From contig NMRA01000167.1 in assembly GCA_002633005.1 (NCBI GenBank), forward strand, positions 715,353-779,352: DNA of 64,000 nt, given 5' to 3'. The notes below the pieces were generated by a model. It did not search any database. It was not told the origin of the DNA and saw only the letters and a program-made list of their open reading frames with translations. Made by a program: the position numbers and the translations under genes. Every line of letters begins with the position of its first letter. Within the stretch, counting starts at the first letter, position 1. Of the stretch, positions 57,141 through 64,000 are shown in pieces. The stretch comes from Phoronis australis. Its lineage: Eukaryota; Animalia; Phoronida.

Positions 57141-57419
57141 AAACAACGCGACTCATAGTTTCAGATGTCTATCTTTTCTGGACTATCCACGGCTATAAGG
57201 GTTGCTACGGTTTAACTCTGACGCCTGTAAATTATTGTGGAACAAGTGCACCCCCGTTTCCTACAGCCCTGCATGCACCGCAGCGTCGTCTTGACGACAT
57301 TATAGGCCCCCTGGCTCCTCAGAGCATAACTGCTCACAGCCGTAAAATGTACAACTGTTTACAAACAAGTCCACGTGTACCAATATCAAAGACCCTTGGA
57401 ACAGCTGTCCCCAATATGA

Positions 57420-58040
57420 AACAGCAAAGGTTCTTAAACAAATACCTTTTTCCGCGTTAATGTGTTCTTATTCAACGCGTACTGTTACTCAATCAACGAG
57501 TAGTATTGTTTTAACACGTTGAATTAGTTATTCGCTGTGTCTCGTCATAGGCAAGTTTTTTTTCGCCGCGAGGAGGTAACGCAGACGAAATATGGCCGTG
57601 GGGGAGCAAAATCTTCGAAATTGGCCTTGCACAGATGCAGAAAGTCTTCTGTCATTATGAGATTCGAAAGCACGGGCGTGATTGGACTGTATGAACTGAT
57701 TAAAAGTATGCGCTTAAATAGGCCATTCTGTGGCTTGAATAAGAACACAAAGGTATTCCGTTAACAACCATCTCGGCTCGTTGACAACGCGTTTAAATAC
57801 CTTGGTGTGAAACGCCAAATGGTTCTTAAACGAGTACCTTTCAGTGCGGTGAAATATGCTTACTCAACGCGTAGTTTTGCTTCATCAGCGCGTGCTTTTA
57901 CTACTTAAACGATCATCGTTCAGCTCTTATTCAACGCGTATACTTTTGCTCAACCAACGCGTAATTTTACTTAATTGATGTGTAGTTTTGCTTATTCAAC
58001 AGGTGTTTTTAGTTGTTAAACGATTACCGTTCTGCTCTTG
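57420..58040 (+). repeat. Degenerate repeat array rich in TTCAACGCGT / GGTTCTTAAAC motifs
   Basis: Block 57429-57500 recurs at 57821-57890, with several CAACGCGT copies. Confidence 0.5.
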
Positions 58041-60124
58041 ACTACCAACATACACATTGCTTTACAGAGGGGGACTGCGTTCGTCAAATCCTCCCTATAA
58101 CAATACCGTGATCACTTACATGTACATCAAAGGCTTTTGTGACCTCCGCTCTTTGGTATCTGCATTCTGACTAGTAATCCATATGAACGTCAGAGGGGGT
58201 TCTTGAGACCGGAAATAGAACTGAAGCACACCTGTGCAAGTACATGTAGATATTATACCTGATTACAATTAAATCCGATTATACCTGAAGGAAAGACAAA
58301 TCACCGTCAACCCATTATAAAAAGCACTCAAAAAAGATGGCAAAAAACATCCACGTAAATAATTTATGGTACTCGTTATCCCCTGATGACAGGCATAAGC
58401 GTTAATGCTTAAAAGAGCTGATATATTGTTGAAGAAGAGCAAAAATAAGGCTGCGTGTCGCGGTTACAAAGACATCAGCAATAACAATAATGGTGTGTGG
58501 ATATGGGTTTCCAAGTACGTGAACAAGGCTTCGATGTCTTAAGGGGAAAACTATGTGATTAACAAAGAAACCATAGGGTCAATGGACGAGATACTCTTCG
58601 CAAACAAATTGAGATTATTACTATCAGAGATTTTCGGGCAATTTCAAACGATAGACTCGTGTAACGCTTTTGTAGGCCGTTGGCCGTAGCTAAAGTCTTT
58701 TCACCCTGTGACCATGTCAGGGGACAACTTATTTTTTCTGTGTAGCTACATACAACTTCAAACATTTGATATCAATAAAATCCTCTTATTTTAAGTCGCA
58801 CGATTTTTGTAGAAATGCAGATTTTATGCCCTACGCTGTATGCTGCGTCTGTAAGTAAAGAAATGAAAGTTAAATTTGGTCTTTTACATATACACTCATA
58901 AAACGGGTCTCATAATATTTCTTACTGAATTAAATTTTCGTTACTCAAGTCACCTTAAGTGTGTACATGCGAATTAGCAATTTTGGGGATAGGCAATATC
59001 AATAAAACTAATCTAAAGAGTTTTAGTCAGTTCCGGATGGTTTCGACGTTCTTGTTGGTAACGGAAATTGAATACTATTACGTTAGGGAATATCGAGAGG
59101 TTATATGTATGAGGGTAAAAGGACTGATTCGATTTTCGGTGTTTAACGAGCTAATCACCACAATAAGTCGGCAACATTAAATTTGTAAAATACAATAATG
59201 ACCAAACTTGCAAGATATTTTCATTGATGTTGAAAACAACTTTTCTAACTGCATCTTTGAGTGCAAGTGTAGTTTTGTTTCCTGTTTAGGTGCATTCCGC
59301 GATATTCATTATGTGACACGAAAGACATTTTGATTTTTAAGATATCAACTTAAAAATAGTGGGGCGTCACAGCTACAAGAAATGTATAACTCACTTCGTG
59401 TTGGTGTTTAGGGTATCAATTTTTTTTAACGTGGCGCATTTTCACTACCTTACAATGCTTCTTAATTAGCGCAATGGACGTAACCAAAACCCTGCAAGCA
59501 ATTTGCTAACGGTAATTCATCTTAAAAATCTGTTTCGTTTTTCGTATTCTGGAACAAACATTTGCATTACAAGTGGCTACGATGCGGTAACATCAAGTCT
59601 ATGTAAAATACTCTGGGCGATTTTACAAATCTATTTGCATACCAGACGTGTCTGTGACATTTGTAAAACATAAGAATTTGCATTATACAGAGATATAATA
59701 GCCGTTTGTATGCGAAACGGCACAACGTTACCAATATGAACAACCTTAATGTCTAATGGGGTGCGGGTAGTGTAATGGAAGTGTTTCAAAAATATGCTTA
59801 GCTTAATATCCGGTAAATGACGATTTTTTAAAGTGCTCAGAAGTATACAAAGATTTTTTCAATTGTAAAAATGTCATTTTATAGCTAAATAAATTGTCGT
59901 AATATCTTTAGAAGATACTTCCAGAATAAAAGGGACCGGGTTCTTAATGAGAACCACTGTTGGCAGTTGCCGATGACTTTTATAATCATGTCCCTTACAC
60001 TAATTAAACCAGTTTTTTGTTCTTATAACCATGGATGCTCTGCAATGTAGGGCTAACTTGTGAAGCTGTGACAAACATAATTCAGCACATGAGCTCCTCC
60101 TATCTAAAACTGCTATTCCACCAG

Positions 60125-60340
60125 GTTGAGACAGTGTGGCTCATTGGGTTTCAGCTTCGGGCTCCTGTTTGGGAGACCCTGGTTCGAATCCTGACCTTGA
60201 GTTGACAATCGAGCATTGCACAAAGGTGCCTGTCCTACTCCCCTGAGCTCGGTCCCACTAGTTAATGTACATGCATGTAAGGGAGTGCGTGAGAAACTGG
60301 ACATAATGCAGAGCGATTACTTGGGCTGTGCTAATGCCTT
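60125..60340 (+). mobile_element. tRNA-derived SINE
   Basis: A-box-like TGGCTCATTGG (60136) and B-box GGTTCGAATCC (60181) at tRNA spacing, followed by a non-tRNA body. 3' end approximate. Confidence 0.6.
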
Positions 60341-61414
60341 AATAGTGATTCTTTTGATTCTTGCCATTTCACAGCCTGTTACTAGAATAATTAAGGAATT
60401 TGAGTATAGGTATTGTGATAACAATTTACACAAGGCATCAATGCTCCTCTACAGATTTGAAAAGTCTCTAGGAAGGCCAACGACATATTTGCATCTCTTT
60501 ATGAATTGCCAAGTATAGAGCCTGAATTCCTCTAACATTTCATTTTCGACATCACTACTGTATCGCCGCAGCATTAAACCCATGGACGTCTGTGCAGAAC
60601 TGCACTTATATGCGAAAAGTAGGCGCATGCGCCAATACGCGAAGCATTTGGGTAAAGAAGCCTATGCAGTATTATGTTGAATATAGGCCAAGGGCCTTAA
60701 GGCGCGGCAATTGAATACTGTAATACACAACTATTTACCAATGAAATTTCTTGAAAATACACCAAGGAACTCAAAAGATACACTGTCGAACGTGAAAACT
60801 TTCATCAGTAGGCACAGCGGTAGTCAAAACATATGCGCTTACATGTATGTGCAAATTATTGTATGGGCTCATGCTTAGGGACATTACCTGGGTAAGAAAG
60901 TCCAGGAAAAAGGCCTAAATGCGCGGCAATACGGTACTAAAATATGTTGTGGGTGCTCATTATGGTGATGTCCCCCTGGTAGACCTATCAATCATTAATT
61001 TCCTAAAATTTACTAAAGGCGCCCTAAGCGGCATCTACAAATTAAGTAAAAGACAATTATAATATTGAGGGGAGCACTGTGCCCTTATTTAGGAGACCTG
61101 CATTCGTTTCAAAGTTTTTTGATGTCGTTTTTGCGGCTAAACATGATTTCCTGCTAGGAACTAAGTTCGGGTCGATCGTTCTTGTGAATAAAAGGATTTT
61201 CACTCGCTATTTTGCTTTTTCGTGACCGTCTTGCCTCCTATCAAAATTTCATCTTCATAATAGGAAAAGAGGGCGAGAAGAGTTTTACTGGGCGTATTTA
61301 CTCTGCCAGTCCAAAGAACATTGAACTTTTCGGTCTACAAACATTACTCCTCCGTGTACCCTGTCCAACATCGTTAAGTACATGCGAGCAGTACAGGGTT
61401 AGGTGCTGGATACG

Positions 61415-63930
61415 TTAAAAGACCGTTATGGACCGACCGAAACGTCGTGACAGTGTAAATAGACAAGAGGTCGGTGTAAGTAGAACAAGAGATTTTAATA
61501 ATAGTTGTAACACGCCACCACCTCTGAGCGGTTTTATAAAGTCATTATGCGACCGGTATGTTCACGAAGCAGTAACCGCATTCAGACACTTAGAGAAGGC
61601 ACAGTTTCAACCGTGTAGGGAACACAACAGCCTAGCATTGCTAATGCGATTTAGAGATAACCATGTCAATCCAAAGGACTTCACACGAAAAGTTTTAACT
61701 TAAAACAAGTCCAGCCAAAGGGCAAGACGTATTTGTAAACATACCTCTTTAGTATTAATGAGGGAGCAAATTGACTACCACAGACACCAGAAACGGGTCA
61801 CAACAGTTAAAATCATTCAAATCAAGCACTGTCTTGAAACCATGCTCCATGTAGAGGACTATCAACGGTTGGAAAATGCAGTATCGAGATCAAGAGACAA
61901 CTACAACAGACAGATCAGGTCCTGAAATTCAACAAGCTGAAAGGAGAACAACAACCCAGGGAAAGACCTCTTATGCAAGGCGTGGTTGTGAATAAATCAA
62001 GCAGAGAACTGACAGTTGCCGAATCCCAACTTCTGTCCAAAGGTCTGAACTATGCCATCCGACTGAAAAGAATGCCAACAATAGATGTTGTAGCCATCAT
62101 TGAAGCAGCCACCACTAAGCTACCAACTGCTGACAGGGAAACCATACGTGTTAAGTGTAGAGAATCAATCACCAAAGCCAAAATGCCAAGAAACAACTTA
62201 AACAGGAATGAAGAGATGGCCCTAGGTAGCCTATCACGGGATGAAAACATCATCATCCAACAAGCTGACAAAGGCAATGCAACAGTAGTAATTAATAAGG
62301 ATGACTACGACAGGAAGATGACTGATCTACTATCTAGTGGGCAGTACAAGAAAGTAAAACTTGAAGTGACCAAGAGCATGGAAAGGAAAATCTAATCACT
62401 ACTGAAAACTGTAGAAGGCTCGTTACCATGCGACACACTCCAGAGAATCAACCCAAACAACACAAAAGCCCCGCACATGTATGGTAAACCTAAGATACAC
62501 AAACCTGGTATGCCAATGAGACCAATTATAAGCAACATTGATTGTCCCTGCCACCAACTAGCTAGATTCCTTAACAACATCTTTTTCCCACTAGTTGGGA
62601 AAACTGACTCGTACGTAAAGGACTCGAAGCATTTCGTGTCAACGTTGTCATCAGTCAGCATTACACCAAATGACACCATGGTGAGCTTTGATGTCGATAG
62701 CCTATTCACAAGTGTACCAACATCAGAGGTTCTCCCATTACTCAAGTCAAAATTAGAACATGACCGCAAACCATCAGAGGATGAAAACCTCTCAATAGGC
62801 TCCATTCTGGAATTAGTGACATTCTGCGTCAATACCACCTATTTTCAATATCAAGACAAATTCTACGTGCAGACACAAGGAATTGCAATGGGTTCACCAC
62901 TATCACCAGTCTTAGCTAACTTGTACATGGAGTGGTTCTAATAAACAGCTCTCAGCTCAGCTATTAGACCACCGAAGGTGTGGAAACGATACGTTGACGA
63001 CACATTCACAATGTTCAGCCAAGACTCTGAAAATCCATCAGAGTTCCTTGACCATCTGAACAGCATAGCGCCTACAATTAGATTCACAATGGAAGAAAAA
63101 ACAAATAACAGTCTCCCATTCCTAAACGTTCTAGTGACTCGTGTTGAAGAACAGTTAACAACGCCAGTCTACTATAAGAAGACCCACACAGGACGACACC
63201 TCGACTTCAACTCCAAAAACACCAAAGGAGTCAAAAGGGGTATAATCAAATGCCTTGCATCAAGATCAAAAGAACTCTGCTGTGATACAGTACGACAAGC
63301 AGAAATGACCTGCCTGACAGAGACATTCAAAAGAAATGGCTACCCAAGATTTCATCAAGTCGGCTTTAACATCGCAGCGAAAAGATAAAGTGGCAGAAGA
63401 ACGCCCACTGCAGACTACATGTATGTGCTTACCATATATATCCGAAATAACCAAGAACCTAGGACACATATGGAAAAAATTTAAAATAAGAACAGTATAC
63501 CGCAGCTCAGATACACTGCGTCGGCAACTGACAAAAGTCAAACCAAGAACTGACATGGGGAAAAAGAAAATGTCATCTATGAAATCCCATGTGATGAATC
63601 ATATATCGGTGAAACATTAAGACCACTGGAGACGAGAATTGCTGAACATAAGAGGTGTTGTAGAGAGGGTAATACATCTCTAGGAGTAGCAGAACACATG
63701 TGGTCGAAACAACACAATATCCAGTGGAATAACATCCGAATACTTGACAGTGAAACAGGTTGGACCAAGCCTGAGAGAAAGATCGAGGAAGCCATGTAAA
63801 TGAAAGTACAAGGCAATGTCCTTAGTCAGCCAAGCAAGCAACAAAGTGACACCTGGCTCAGTCTACTTAGGAAGATGTTACTTGTGAACGTCTCTATTGT
63901 TTCTGATGATTTCTGATGAAATGGGAGGTA
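61415..63930 (+). mobile_element. Decayed Penelope-like retroelement (RT + GIY-YIG endonuclease)
   Basis: ADKGNATVV, YGKPKIHK..PMRPIIS, SFDVDSLFTSVP, QGIAMGSPLSPVLANLYM, WKRYVDDTF, LPFL and YKKTHT motifs. GIY-YIG NVIYEIPCDESYIGET..LETRIAEHKR at ~63570-63655. Several stops and frameshifts. CGAAACGTCG hammerhead-like remnant at 61438. Confidence 0.92.
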
Positions 63931-64000
63931 ATTCCAGAGTAAAATAGTAGATGGGGAGGAAGGGTTTGTATGTTCTCTCAAAGGTATGAGAGTGGGAATT

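Overview
Eukaryotic, AT-rich, repeat-rich animal genomic DNA. The repeat types and the SMB-7TM receptor suggest a marine invertebrate, probably a lophotrochozoan (inference). Three protein-coding genes can be reconstructed by eye. (1) A small minus-strand gene (97 aa, 5082-5375) encodes a single-pass, PET117-like protein. (2) Head-to-head with it is a 13-exon plus-strand anoctamin-8 (ANO8/TMEM16H) gene, CDS about 8274-37761, about 838 aa, with compatible splice phases at every junction. (3) A minus-strand somatomedin-B/Cys-rich class B-like 7TM receptor lies at 47576-50191; its apparent partial tandem copy starts exactly at an N and is probably a second haplotype joined at a scaffold gap. The rest is mobile DNA: Helentron/HINE-like elements with internal satellites carrying CTCF-like motifs, a large foldback element, Harbinger-like MITEs, Tc1 and THAP/Kolobok-like remnants, a 5'-truncated LINE with TSD, a ~5 kb TIR element with possible RecQ traces, tRNA-derived elements (one nested in a hairpin), a decayed Ty3/Gypsy element and a decayed Penelope-like element. 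I found no prokaryotic-type system such as CRISPR or a defence operon. All family assignments come from motif recognition, not database searches.
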